From a virus, in IMG/VR virus record IMGVR_UViG_3300045988_131144, positions 14,352 to 78,351 of that record: DNA of 64,000 nt; one strand, 5' to 3'. The first letter of the stretch is position 1. Each line of letters opens with the position of its first letter. Positions 31,093 to 38,953 of this stretch are shown in pieces. The notes under the pieces were generated by a model that saw only the letters and a program-made list of their open reading frames with translations, did not search any database and had not been told where the DNA came from. Position numbers and translations under genes: made by a program.

Positions 31093-32049
31093 TCAAACGG
31101 CTACCGTAGGGCTTGTGACGGCGTTTTCAAGCACATTGCCGATACTGGCTGCGAGTTTGGCGGGATGGAGACGCTGGGCGTATATCGCCGTTACCTTGGT
31201 GTCAGCGTGGCCGAGTACGCCGCTTATATCGTCGACCGCAACACCAGCTTCAAGCGCGGCGGATGCAAAGCCGTGACGCAGAGCATGAGAGCGGCAGGCG
31301 CTTTCTTCACCTATCACGGACTTGGTATACCCATTTATTAGTTCGGAGAGCTGGGTACGCTCCAAGGGCTTCCACTCCCCTGTTTTGCGGCTGACGCAAC
31401 CAAACAGCGGCGCATTGTCATCGGCAGAGTCCGGACGTATACCGGAGGCGAGGTAGTTTTTCACAGCAGTCTGAGCCGCGGCAGAGAACGGAACCATGCG
31501 GGGCTTATCGCCCTTGGTGACGCGGAGCATTATGCAGCCATTCGCCCAATCGAGGTCAGCCGGGGTAAGAGAACGAAGCTCGGAGTTGCGCGCGCCAGAG
31601 AGAAGCATAAGCGTGACCTCCGCCTGTTCCCTTGCCCATGTGGCCATCTTCTTGCCGTATATGGGGCGTTCGGCGGAAATAAGGGAATGTATCTGCTCAA
31701 CGCTCAGAACGTGCTCATACGGCTTCTTCTTGGCTCTGGTGACCTTTCCCTTGGGCGGCATGGCATCGTCGAACACAAACGCCTCGGTATAGCCGTATCT
31801 GGCCGCGAACTCGGAGATCTGACGGAGCTGCCCCATGTAGAGACTTGCTGTGGTGATAGCGTCGTGGGCGATGTCCGAACGGAACTTCATTACCGCGGTG
31901 GCGGTCACGTCCGCAAAACCGTGGCGCGCCATGCTCTCGCGGAAGAGTCGGAACGTCCGGGAATAACCGGTGACTGTCTGCGCCGACAACTCGTTATTGC
32001 GCATATTCTCTATATATGCCGCACATGCGGCGTCGTATTTCTCAAACAT
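31093..32049 (-). CDS. int: tyrosine recombinase / phage integrase
   Basis: GARNSELRSL (Arg), HALRHGFAS (H-x-x-R), LGHADTKVTAIYAQ (His, Tyr) catalytic signature. Confidence 0.85.
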   Translation of the reverse strand: MFEKYDAACAAYIENMRNNELSAQTVTGYSRTFRLFRESMARHGFADVTATAVMKFRSDIAHDAITTASLYMGQLRQISEFAARYGYTEAFVFDDAMPPKGKVTRAKKKPYEHVLSVEQIHSLISAERPIYGKKMATWAREQAEVTLMLLSGARNSELRSLTPADLDWANGCIMLRVTKGDKPRMVPFSAAAQTAVKNYLASGIRPDSADDNAPLFGCVSRKTGEWKPLERTQLSELINGYTKSVIGEESACRSHALRHGFASAALEAGVAVDDISGVLGHADTKVTAIYAQRLHPAKLAASIGNVLENAVTSPTVAV

Positions 32050-32236
32050 GGGGCGGTTCTCCTTCTTTCAAATCAACTTCCAACTTCCGAATCCCGCGCC
32101 TTGCAGCTTCCATCTGCGTGACATTTTCCTGCCTACAGTAGCGTTCAAGAATATCTTTCGTCCTTGCATCCATTTTCACGGCAATACGGAAGGGCTTCGG
32201 GTTATCGGTCGGTCGGCCTCTTTTCTTCTCGGCCAA
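32042..32236 (-). CDS. small ribbon-helix-helix-like DNA-binding protein (possible excisionase or int regulator)
   Basis: 64 aa, TTG start behind AAGGAGGGAG; RIAVKMDARTKDILERYCRQENVTQMEAARRGI fits a beta-strand plus two-helix RHH pattern; overlaps the int start. Confidence 0.5.
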   Translation of the reverse strand: MAEKKRGRPTDNPKPFRIAVKMDARTKDILERYCRQENVTQMEAARRGIRKLEVDLKEGEPPHV

Positions 32237-32265
32237 TTTTCTCCCTCCTTTTTTAGGTCACCCTT

Positions 32266-32294
32266 ATTATAATTTAAGGTTACCCAAATGTCAA
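32266..32294 (-). promoter_or_regulatory. consensus promoter TTGACA-N17-TATAAT for the RHH-int operon
   Basis: Minus strand reads TTGACA TTTGGGTAACCTTAAAT TATAAT; the -10 is flanked by direct repeats GGGTAACCT / GGGTGACCT. Confidence 0.6.
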
Positions 32295-32315
32295 TACCTG
32301 TTACGTAATATTTTT

Positions 32316-32337
32316 ACGCCCCGTTTTTACGGGGCGT
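32316..32337. terminator. hairpin downstream of the membrane-protein gene
   Basis: ACGCCCCG TTTTTA CGGGGCGT, 8-bp stem; weak T-tract. Confidence 0.4.
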
Positions 32338-32347
32338 TTGAGCCTAA

Positions 32348-33178
32348 TCAAAGGAATCTTCCTTTAAGTTCTGCATTGTAAGCGTCCATAGCATCGCAGA
32401 ATTTTACTGTCCACAGTTCTACCGATAGTTCATCAACGTTGACATTATAGGTGGCTTCCATCTTCAAATCGTCGTGCATTACTTCTGCCCCGAAAAGATT
32501 GCTCGTACTAAAAGTAATAGTCACATTGCAGTAGTAAACCTCCCTGTCGGCCAGTTCCTTTCTCGACAAAGAATCCGACGTTATCGAATAACGATGGTAC
32601 GACTGCGGGCTCATAATGTATTTGTCTTTCAGCGTCTCCTCAACATCGAACATTGACGAAAAAGCAGCATAATACATTAAGCACGTCTGTTTTTGCTCAC
32701 GTGTCATGAGAGGGCTGTACTCAACAATCTCGGCGTATATGTCGTCCAAGTCAGAAGAGTCTACCGTACTTCGCGTAGAAATACTCTCCACAACCGCCGC
32801 CGCTTTCAGTGTTCCCACTTGTTCAACAGCTTCCAAGAGCATGTCAGTATTCGCGATACGATTCCGCACATCATCTGTGGTACTTTCATACTGCGCGTAA
32901 ACATCCATGATAATGTCATATTCGTCAGCGGTATAGTCAGTACACGCAGCAACTATCGACGCATCAAGCGTGCTTGCCTCCTTTGCCAGCTTTATTCTCG
33001 GCACAAACACGATTGCAAATGCTGCGATCAGGAGCACAACGGCTCCTCCAATGATGCACCAAGTTTTCACTTTCTTTTTCGGTTTGCTCGCATCTCTGTT
33101 CAGTTCGTCCAGCACGTTGTCAGGTTGAAGCTTAGTGTCTACCCCCGCTTCGCGATTGTCTGCAGAACATTCTTTCAT
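32348..33178 (-). CDS. single-pass membrane protein (moron; function unknown)
   Basis: 276 aa; TM WCIIGGAVVLLIAAFAIVFV after a charged N-terminus; own promoter-like element and flanking hairpins. Confidence 0.55.
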   Translation of the reverse strand: MKECSADNREAGVDTKLQPDNVLDELNRDASKPKKKVKTWCIIGGAVVLLIAAFAIVFVPRIKLAKEASTLDASIVAACTDYTADEYDIIMDVYAQYESTTDDVRNRIANTDMLLEAVEQVGTLKAAAVVESISTRSTVDSSDLDDIYAEIVEYSPLMTREQKQTCLMYYAAFSSMFDVEETLKDKYIMSPQSYHRYSITSDSLSRKELADREVYYCNVTITFSTSNLFGAEVMHDDLKMEATYNVNVDELSVELWTVKFCDAMDAYNAELKGRFL

Positions 33179-33219
33179 CTCATTTACCTCTCATATTTAT
33201 TTTCGGTTAGGATATTTAT

Positions 33220-33248
33220 AGTGTATCATAGGAACTTAGATAGTTCAA
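33220..33248 (-). promoter_or_regulatory. candidate promoter TTGAAC-N17-TACACT
   Basis: Minus strand reads TTGAAC TATCTAAGTTCCTATGA TACACT, about 42 nt upstream of the ATG at 33178. Confidence 0.35.
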
Positions 33249-33252
33249 CAAG

Positions 33253-33282
33253 AAAAGCTCCACATTGAACCGTGGAGCTTTT
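33253..33282. terminator. bidirectional rho-independent terminator
   Basis: AAAAGCTCCAC attgaacc GTGGAGCTTTT. Confidence 0.55.
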
Positions 33283-33286
33283 GTAG

Positions 33287-33598
33287 TTATTTGTGTGTCG
33301 TCGCATCCTCCGCGCATTTGCGGAGGAATGAGTAAGCATCGGGAGCGACAAGCGTGTTTGCGTACAGTTCCTCGTCAGGATCGTCCGCAAGGCGCACTGA
33401 AACATCATAGGTGCCAAGGAAGCAGAGGCCGGTCTGCCGCTCTGCGGCCTCCCTAAGCGCCGCAGAAACAGATTCTGCAAATATGGTAGAATCCCGGCAA
33501 CTATAACGTCCTGCCTCATAAGAAAGAGGTAATGCGCTGACACACTTAAGTGCCACAATGTACCTGTTTTTAACCGTCTGCGTTTTTAAGTTCTCCAT
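33287..33598 (-). CDS. hypothetical protein
   Basis: ATG at 33598 behind a GGGAGGA RBS (MENLKTQTVKNRY...); the longer ORF-track version overlaps SSB. Confidence 0.45.
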   Translation of the reverse strand: MENLKTQTVKNRYIVALKCVSALPLSYEAGRYSCRDSTIFAESVSAALREAAERQTGLCFLGTYDVSVRLADDPDEELYANTLVAPDAYSFLRKCAEDATTHK

Positions 33599-34001
33599 GC
33601 TCGATAAGTCCTCCCTCGTCAAATCCTTCATAATAAAATTCCTCGCTGCCCGCTTCGCCTTTCTTCGGAACCTCAACAAGCGGATCGCGCAGATGGTCGA
33701 AGCGCACTCTCGTGACTGTGGGGCGTGTCTGCGTAACTTTCCGCCCGTCGAAATTGTAAGAAACCGACTTGAGCTGATACTCCACAATGACAGTCTGCCC
33801 CTTTTTGAGATACTGCGTGACGACCTCGCTCATGCGCCCGTAGGCCACGAATGAGGGGAAATCGTAGGTAGATTTACCGTGAGGGCGAAAGTCGCGCTCA
33901 CAGGCAAGAGTGAACTGCGCATAGGGCTTGCCGTCCACCGTGCCGTATTTCTGGATAGGGTCGCCGGTGAGATAGCCCATTATGCGTCCATCGTTCAGCA
34001 T
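33570..34001 (-). CDS. ssb: single-stranded DNA-binding protein
   Basis: OB-fold pattern RIMGYLTGDPIQKYGTVDGKPYAQFTLACERDF...; acidic C-terminal tail EEFYYEGFDEGG. Confidence 0.7.
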   Translation of the reverse strand: MLNDGRIMGYLTGDPIQKYGTVDGKPYAQFTLACERDFRPHGKSTYDFPSFVAYGRMSEVVTQYLKKGQTVIVEYQLKSVSYNFDGRKVTQTRPTVTRVRFDHLRDPLVEVPKKGEAGSEEFYYEGFDEGGLIEHGELKNADG

Positions 34002-34288
34002 ACCTCCACCACCAGTTTCAGTTTATTCTCATAATAGACGGCGCACTCGCGGCTTGCACCGCCGCCGAAGATGCTGACGGGTATCATCCTGCCGTCGATA
34101 TTGCCGAAGCTGAAAGCGCAGCCCTGCGCGCCCTCAGTAAAGGCGACAGGCTCTTTGAATTCCATGTCCTTGATATTGGGCACGAGCGAAAGCGACGTGG
34201 TGTCGATGCGCATAGACTGCGGCGCTATCTTGATGGCCGTACCGTTATTGAAACGGATGTGATGTTCGGATATCTTTTCGATTTTCAT
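33995..34288 (-). CDS. hypothetical protein
   Basis: 97-aa ORF, translationally coupled. Confidence 0.5.
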   Translation of the reverse strand: MKIEKISEHHIRFNNGTAIKIAPQSMRIDTTSLSLVPNIKDMEFKEPVAFTEGAQGCAFSFGNIDGRMIPVSIFGGGASRECAVYYENKLKLVVEVC

Positions 34289-34593
34289 TACTTATCTGCT
34301 CCCCTTTCTCTTCTGTCTCTATACGGTTTACACAGCGTGTACTTCCAGCCGTGCGGTACTTTTTCGAGTTTGCACCAGCCGTCGTAGAAATACCTCATAT
34401 CGCCGAAGTATTTACCGCCGGGTGCGATGTTATTATACCATGTGTCGTAGTCCGGGTAAATGCCGGAATTGATATTTGCACGACAGTATTCAAGAACCTT
34501 TTCGGGATCCCGCTCCTGCGTGTAAATTTTCACTATCTTATAGTGATCGCCGCCGTACTCGCGCTGACCGGCGAATAGTTTCTTGTGGTACAT
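34288..34593 (-). CDS. hypothetical protein
   Basis: 101-aa ORF. Confidence 0.5.
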   Translation of the reverse strand: MYHKKLFAGQREYGGDHYKIVKIYTQERDPEKVLEYCRANINSGIYPDYDTWYNNIAPGGKYFGDMRYFYDGWCKLEKVPHGWKYTLCKPYRDRRERGADK

Positions 34594-34609
34594 TCTTGTA
34601 TTCTTCCTC

Positions 34610-34885
34610 CTATCTGAATTTTACAGTCACGTCGTATTCCTGCTTGAGCGCGTTCTTGACGTCCGCGAATGAAATGTCTCCGGAATTGAGCTGGGCGCAG
34701 TAGAAATCCACCTCTTTGGCAAGGCGCTCTATCTCATCATCAGGAAAACCGTGCTTGTCCTTGAGGATGAAGAGCATCATGGTAGAAATGAAATTCGCGC
34801 CCTCTGCGTGGCCGAGAGCAAGCGCACGGTCAACGTCCTGCTGAGTGCGCGGAATACTGCGGGGAGATTTCTTTCTTGACATCAT
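34610..34885 (-). CDS. hypothetical protein
   Basis: 91-aa ORF. Confidence 0.5.
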   Translation of the reverse strand: MMSRKKSPRSIPRTQQDVDRALALGHAEGANFISTMMLFILKDKHGFPDDEIERLAKEVDFYCAQLNSGDISFADVKNALKQEYDVTVKFR

Positions 34886-35127
34886 TCCCTCCTATCCTCA
34901 GTCGTGAATGTTATCTTGCTGCCATTGGGGAACTCGAAATTGAGCCTGCATCCGAAGAAGTCCGCCGCACCGATAAGATCGGACACGGAGAAACTGTCCT
35001 TCTGAAACTTATTACTCAAGGCTTGTGGGGAAATACTCAAGGCTTCGGCCAGCTCTCTATGCGTCGTGCCAGTGAGCGCAAGCAAAGCCTTGACCTTTGT
35101 ACCGATCAAATCTGCATCACTCCTCAA
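34882..35127 (-). CDS. XRE-family helix-turn-helix protein
   Basis: KALLALTGTTHRELAEALSISPQALSNKFQ matches the Cro/C1-type HTH pattern. Confidence 0.65.
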   Translation of the reverse strand: MRSDADLIGTKVKALLALTGTTHRELAEALSISPQALSNKFQKDSFSVSDLIGAADFFGCRLNFEFPNGSKITFTTEDRRE

Positions 35128-35183
35128 ATTAAATCAAATGAAATTGCGCATTAAAGAAACGGCAAAGTGGATTAAAGCGTTTA

Positions 35184-35459
35184 TCATTTTCGCGAGGTCA
35201 CGAAAATGGTCGTCTCATCGGCCTTTTTCGAGCGGTCTGCACAGTCAGCCCAGAACGTGGCGGCGGATTGCGGAGTGACAAATGCAACAGGCGTTCGGTG
35301 CTTCAAACTGCCGCAGATCACGCCGAAGAGCGTCTTTGCGATGCCTCGCGTTGGGAAGGTCATGGAGGTTATATGCGCCTCTGCGCCGCACCGAGGGCAG
35401 CGGCAGAGAGATACGCCCTCCGGCGTCGGGATGGTCTCAGGGGCGGGTCTATTCCTCAT
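35184..35459 (-). CDS. zinc-ribbon protein, weakly Lar-like
   Basis: ATG at 35459 behind AAGGAGG; CRCPRCGAEAHI...VAFVTPQSAATFWADCA. Confidence 0.4.
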   Translation of the reverse strand: MRNRPAPETIPTPEGVSLCRCPRCGAEAHITSMTFPTRGIAKTLFGVICGSLKHRTPVAFVTPQSAATFWADCADRSKKADETTIFVTSRK

Positions 35460-35919
35460 GGCCGCCTCCTTTTTTCTCCCAATGGCTGCCATTATCGCAG
35501 TCGATGCAGGGCTCCACATTGTCTAAGTCGAAATCGTACTTACACGTACCACAGCGAAATCCTGTATGAGGGAGTTGCAACTGCTCAAAATAGAACACTA
35601 TCGGCTTTTCCATCTCTATGACGTTTCTGTAGGCAATGCCGACCTTGTAGATGTAATTCTCTCGGAGCTTCTTCGGAATCTCCTGTATGTATCGTCTGAA
35701 AGTCTCTAAGGTATTTGCGCGCTTGTAGTGGTTACACATCCTGCAGGACGGCATGAGGTTTGATATATCGTCGGTTCCCTCGCCCTCCGCGTTGTATGCA
35801 CGCCGAGGGCGCAAGTGGTCGACCTGCATATCCTTGTAGGCGATTGCCCTGCCGCAGTATGCACAGTGCCCGTTGTATTTGTGATATACGGTCTCACGGG
35901 TTTTTTTACTTATTGCCAT
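35449..35919 (-). CDS. HNH endonuclease
   Basis: HCAYCG...VDHLRP...NLMPSCRMCNHYK. Confidence 0.75.
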   Translation of the reverse strand: MAISKKTRETVYHKYNGHCAYCGRAIAYKDMQVDHLRPRRAYNAEGEGTDDISNLMPSCRMCNHYKRANTLETFRRYIQEIPKKLRENYIYKVGIAYRNVIEMEKPIVFYFEQLQLPHTGFRCGTCKYDFDLDNVEPCIDCDNGSHWEKKGGGHEE

Positions 35920-36170
35920 TACAGCACCTCCACCGGTTCTTTAAGCCACTCCAGACGACACTCGGCGCACGTCGGTTTAAGGCAGGCTTCGCCTTTAAGA
36001 ACCGGACAAATTATGGCGAATTCCGCCAGCTCTTCATCAGACATATTTCTGATCTTGTCCGCGCGAGTGAATACCACGTCTGGGCACTCCCGCCTTCTTG
36101 CGTCTTGGCAAGCTTTCCCGCCGTAGTTCAGCAGGCAGCCAGACACACGGCATCTATCACAAAGTTTCAT
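35919..36170 (-). CDS. Cys-rich hypothetical protein
   Basis: 83-aa ORF. Confidence 0.45.
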   Translation of the reverse strand: MKLCDRCRVSGCLLNYGGKACQDARRRECPDVVFTRADKIRNMSDEELAEFAIICPVLKGEACLKPTCAECRLEWLKEPVEVL

Positions 36171-36365
36171 TCAAAGTCCCCTCTCCCAAATTTCCCGGTA
36201 GATTCGGAAATATTCTCGAAGTGGTGAGGGAAACAATCTCCTCTCCATCTCCGACATGAGTAATTGCTCCGCTTGGCGTTTGGAGATACGATTTTTCTCC
36301 TTCGGCGGGAGCCTGCCCTCTTTAGCCGCAATCGCAACTGGGTTTGTTTTATGCTGACCCATCAT
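36171..36365 (-). CDS. hypothetical protein
   Basis: ATGATG start at 36365 behind GGAGGG. Confidence 0.4.
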   Translation of the reverse strand: MMGQHKTNPVAIAAKEGRLPPKEKNRISKRQAEQLLMSEMERRLFPSPLREYFRIYREIWERGL

Positions 36366-36540
36366 CTGCCCTCCTGTTCCATGCTTCAACTGCATCAGCT
36401 CTTGACCTTTTTTCTTTGGTGCAATAACTACACCTTGGGCAAGAAACGCGATATGTAATTTGATCGCCCTGAAAATGGCCGTATGGTATCAACCTGCCGC
36501 GGGTATAGCCGCATTTTTTGCAAGGTTTCAACTCATTCAT
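36349..36540 (-). CDS. Lar-family (restriction alleviation)-like zinc-ribbon protein
   Basis: MNELKPCKKCG...SCPRCSYC...ADAVEAWNRRA; AGGAG RBS. Confidence 0.6.
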   Translation of the reverse strand: MNELKPCKKCGYTRGRLIPYGHFQGDQITYRVSCPRCSYCTKEKRSRADAVEAWNRRADDGSA

Positions 36541-36742
36541 TGTCAAATCTCCTATTCCAGCCCTCTGCGGCGTCTGCAAGCGACACCGCATCAAGCAGTA
36601 TTGGTTCCATTATGTAGCAGTGCCAGCCGTCCTCAGACTTTGCGTGACGGATTTTGAAGGCGTGGTCAAAGGAACCATAGCTCAACGTCACGGGCTTTCC
36701 GCAGAACGGACAAGGTTTAAGTTTGTTCATTGGCTTCGACAT
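36533..36742 (-). CDS. Lar-family-like zinc-ribbon protein
   Basis: LKPCPFCGK...SLADAAEGWNRR. Confidence 0.65.
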   Translation of the reverse strand: MSKPMNKLKPCPFCGKPVTLSYGSFDHAFKIRHAKSEDGWHCYIMEPILLDAVSLADAAEGWNRRFDNE

Positions 36743-37151
36743 CCTTTCTCGGTCTGAGTTTCCAGCAAAGGAAATAACTTTCTCTTGTCATATAAAGTTC
36801 GTACTTTTTCAGCATCTCATATAGTCCATCAATGCAGTACCAGTTGTCCGCATTGCACACATGCTCCTCCCGATCCCAATTCTCACAACCGGGACAAACA
36901 AAGTGAGAACAGACCTCGTGACATGCTGCCTGAAACGCTTCATCCGTCATCCCATCATCTGGGTCAACATATTCCCAAAGTTCACTGACAAGAAAGTCGC
37001 ACTTTTCATGGGAAAACCAGTCATAAATACACCCCTCACATTTAAGCACGTCATATCTGTACTTTCCTCCCGGCTCTATATACTCGTTACAATAAGAACA
37101 CGTATGACGCTTCCGGGCTTTTCTCCACTGTGTTTTCAATATGTCAGGCAT
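36717..37151 (-). CDS. Cys-rich hypothetical protein
   Basis: ATG at 37151 (MPDILKTQW...); multiple CxxC pairs. Confidence 0.5.
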   Translation of the reverse strand: MPDILKTQWRKARKRHTCSYCNEYIEPGGKYRYDVLKCEGCIYDWFSHEKCDFLVSELWEYVDPDDGMTDEAFQAACHEVCSHFVCPGCENWDREEHVCNADNWYCIDGLYEMLKKYELYMTRESYFLCWKLRPRKDVEANEQT

Positions 37152-37608
37152 TGCTGTCACCTCCGTCCATTCTCGCGCCGCAGTTGGGGCAGTAATGTCC
37201 AAGCGTAAATTCGGAAAACACGGTTCTGCAAGCGGAACACCTTTTGTTTTCGTACTCTGGTATCGGAATCCATCGTCCATGCGCCACATCCTCGAACTGT
37301 TTGAGGTGTTCGCGCAGTTCCGCGCATACCCATGCCGCCTGATAGAGAAGCGCTAAAACGCCCTCTATGCTGTCGGTTCCATCGACCAGCCACTCTGCCA
37401 TAGTAAACGAAATATCGCTATCAGACATAGTTTCTGGAAATGCGGCGTATTTCGTATGTCTACGCACAATCTTTCGTATCAAATCAAACAGGGTTATGTC
37501 CGCACCGTTCTCTCCGTATCCACGCACCCACGTTTCCTTGTCTTTGACGTAGAACAGATTTAGTGCCGTTTGGGTATTGTTTTTCGGGGTATCAGTTGTA
37601 AGCCTCAT
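37144..37608 (-). CDS. hypothetical protein with C-terminal zinc ribbon (family B)
   Basis: C-terminal RCSACRT...YCPNCGARMDGGDSNA, paralogous to the C-terminus of 37853-38206. Confidence 0.5.
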   Translation of the reverse strand: MRLTTDTPKNNTQTALNLFYVKDKETWVRGYGENGADITLFDLIRKIVRRHTKYAAFPETMSDSDISFTMAEWLVDGTDSIEGVLALLYQAAWVCAELREHLKQFEDVAHGRWIPIPEYENKRCSACRTVFSEFTLGHYCPNCGARMDGGDSNA

Positions 37609-37869
37609 TTAGTTCTCCTTTCTCACTCCACCGCTGCAAAAGAAATCGTCCTCCACAGGGATGCAACCGTAGAACGCGCCCATCGGCTCCGAGCAGAATC
37701 TCTTTCCGAACTCTGTAAGTCCGCTCCTCTTACAGTCTTTGCAACGCACCACTGTTACAGCGTAGCCTTTCAGCCGCTCTAACGCTCTTTCGCAGGTAGG
37801 GCACAAATCTTGCGGCGTGACAGACCCGAACCACGCTCCGCACGCTTTACAATCAGGCATTGTCATCAC
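37609..37869 (-). CDS. Cys-rich protein (RCKDC...FCSxG family A)
   Basis: VVRCKDCKRS...FFCSGGVRKE. Confidence 0.5.
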   Translation of the reverse strand: MMTMPDCKACGAWFGSVTPQDLCPTCERALERLKGYAVTVVRCKDCKRSGLTEFGKRFCSEPMGAFYGCIPVEDDFFCSGGVRKEN

Positions 37870-38206
37870 CTACGCCCATTCTCGCACCACACATTGGACA
37901 AAAAGGCGTTTCTTCCCACGGTTCGGTCTCGTAATCATACTCGACTTCGTCCGGTTCCTCCCATCCACAACGGGTACACCGTCCATCCAGCCAGCGCGCA
38001 GGTGCCACTTGTACATATCCCTTCTGAATCGCCATGCGCTTAAACTCGCTCTCAGTAGGTTCGTGAATCACCTCGACCTCGGCAGCGGGAATATTATCCA
38101 GCACGCACATTGCGTCGTCCTTTATCAAGAATCGCGGATCATGCAAATTTGTTGCCCACTCACACAACCCGCGCTTTGCATCCTCTCGCTTGATGCAGTC
38201 AGACAT
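37853..38206 (-). CDS. hypothetical protein with C-terminal zinc ribbon (family B)
   Basis: RCTRCGW...FCPMCGARMGVGDDNA. Confidence 0.5.
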   Translation of the reverse strand: MSDCIKREDAKRGLCEWATNLHDPRFLIKDDAMCVLDNIPAAEVEVIHEPTESEFKRMAIQKGYVQVAPARWLDGRCTRCGWEEPDEVEYDYETEPWEETPFCPMCGARMGVGDDNA

Positions 38207-38585
38207 TTTTCAAAACCTCCATATCATATCCGCTTCGGATAAACTCAAGTGTTTTCTGGTGGTGAACAGCGTTACCAAGCCGTTGATAGATAATCGCCAT
38301 ATCCTCTGGGGTGAACGACGTTCCGAGGAACGAATTGATACCCTGTCGGTGGTATTCATGTACCTCTCTGTTTCTTTTTTCGGTGTGATAGTGCATGCTC
38401 TTGTATGCGTCTCGTGACAGCCACTCTAACACCTTGGCTTTCATAGCTTCCTCCGACGCACAGTTATCAAGCCGGAAGTAGGAGTTTACGCGCGGATTGC
38501 GGTCAGCTACAAACTCCAACTGGACGTTTATCAGGGAATTAGGGAAAGCCCTTAACAGTCTTTGCACAACAGATAGGTCAATCAT
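38199..38585 (-). CDS. hypothetical protein
   Basis: 128-aa ORF. Confidence 0.5.
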   Translation of the reverse strand: MIDLSVVQRLLRAFPNSLINVQLEFVADRNPRVNSYFRLDNCASEEAMKAKVLEWLSRDAYKSMHYHTEKRNREVHEYHRQGINSFLGTSFTPEDMAIIYQRLGNAVHHQKTLEFIRSGYDMEVLKNV

Positions 38586-38953
38586 TTAGATGCTCCCTCC
38601 TTGTTAACCAACCAGTCACAGCGCGTAACTATATACCAGCAAGAGCCGTAGTCCTCTATGCGATCGCCGGTTCGCGTAAGACCATTGTCGTGCGCGACAG
38701 CAAGTATCGCTTGAAGCAGCGCCGCTTTCCGGTCGAAGTAATCTTTTGCCGCTGTGGGTATATTCCACGTTGGCAGGAAAATCACATACGGGATATCGCT
38801 CCAAAACGAACTGAGATCATATTCGACATCTTTGATATCCGGCAATGCCATCAGCTCCGCATGAAGTTTTTCCATCTGCTCCCCTATGCCAAAGGCTTTC
38901 ATCGTCTTTATATCACGTTCACAGAATCCCACTGTTGTCAGCTCCTTCCTCAT
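38582..38953 (-). CDS. hypothetical protein
   Basis: 123-aa ORF. Confidence 0.5.
   Translation of the reverse strand: MRKELTTVGFCERDIKTMKAFGIGEQMEKLHAELMALPDIKDVEYDLSSFWSDIPYVIFLPTWNIPTAAKDYFDRKAALLQAILAVAHDNGLTRTGDRIEDYGSCWYIVTRCDWLVNKEGASK

Noticed and set aside
31022-31276. 84-aa plus-strand ORF downstream of the endolysin, considered as a possible holin
   Set aside because: It lies antisense to the 3' end of the integrase gene and crosses the convergent terminator hairpin; its hydrophobicity is an antisense artefact.
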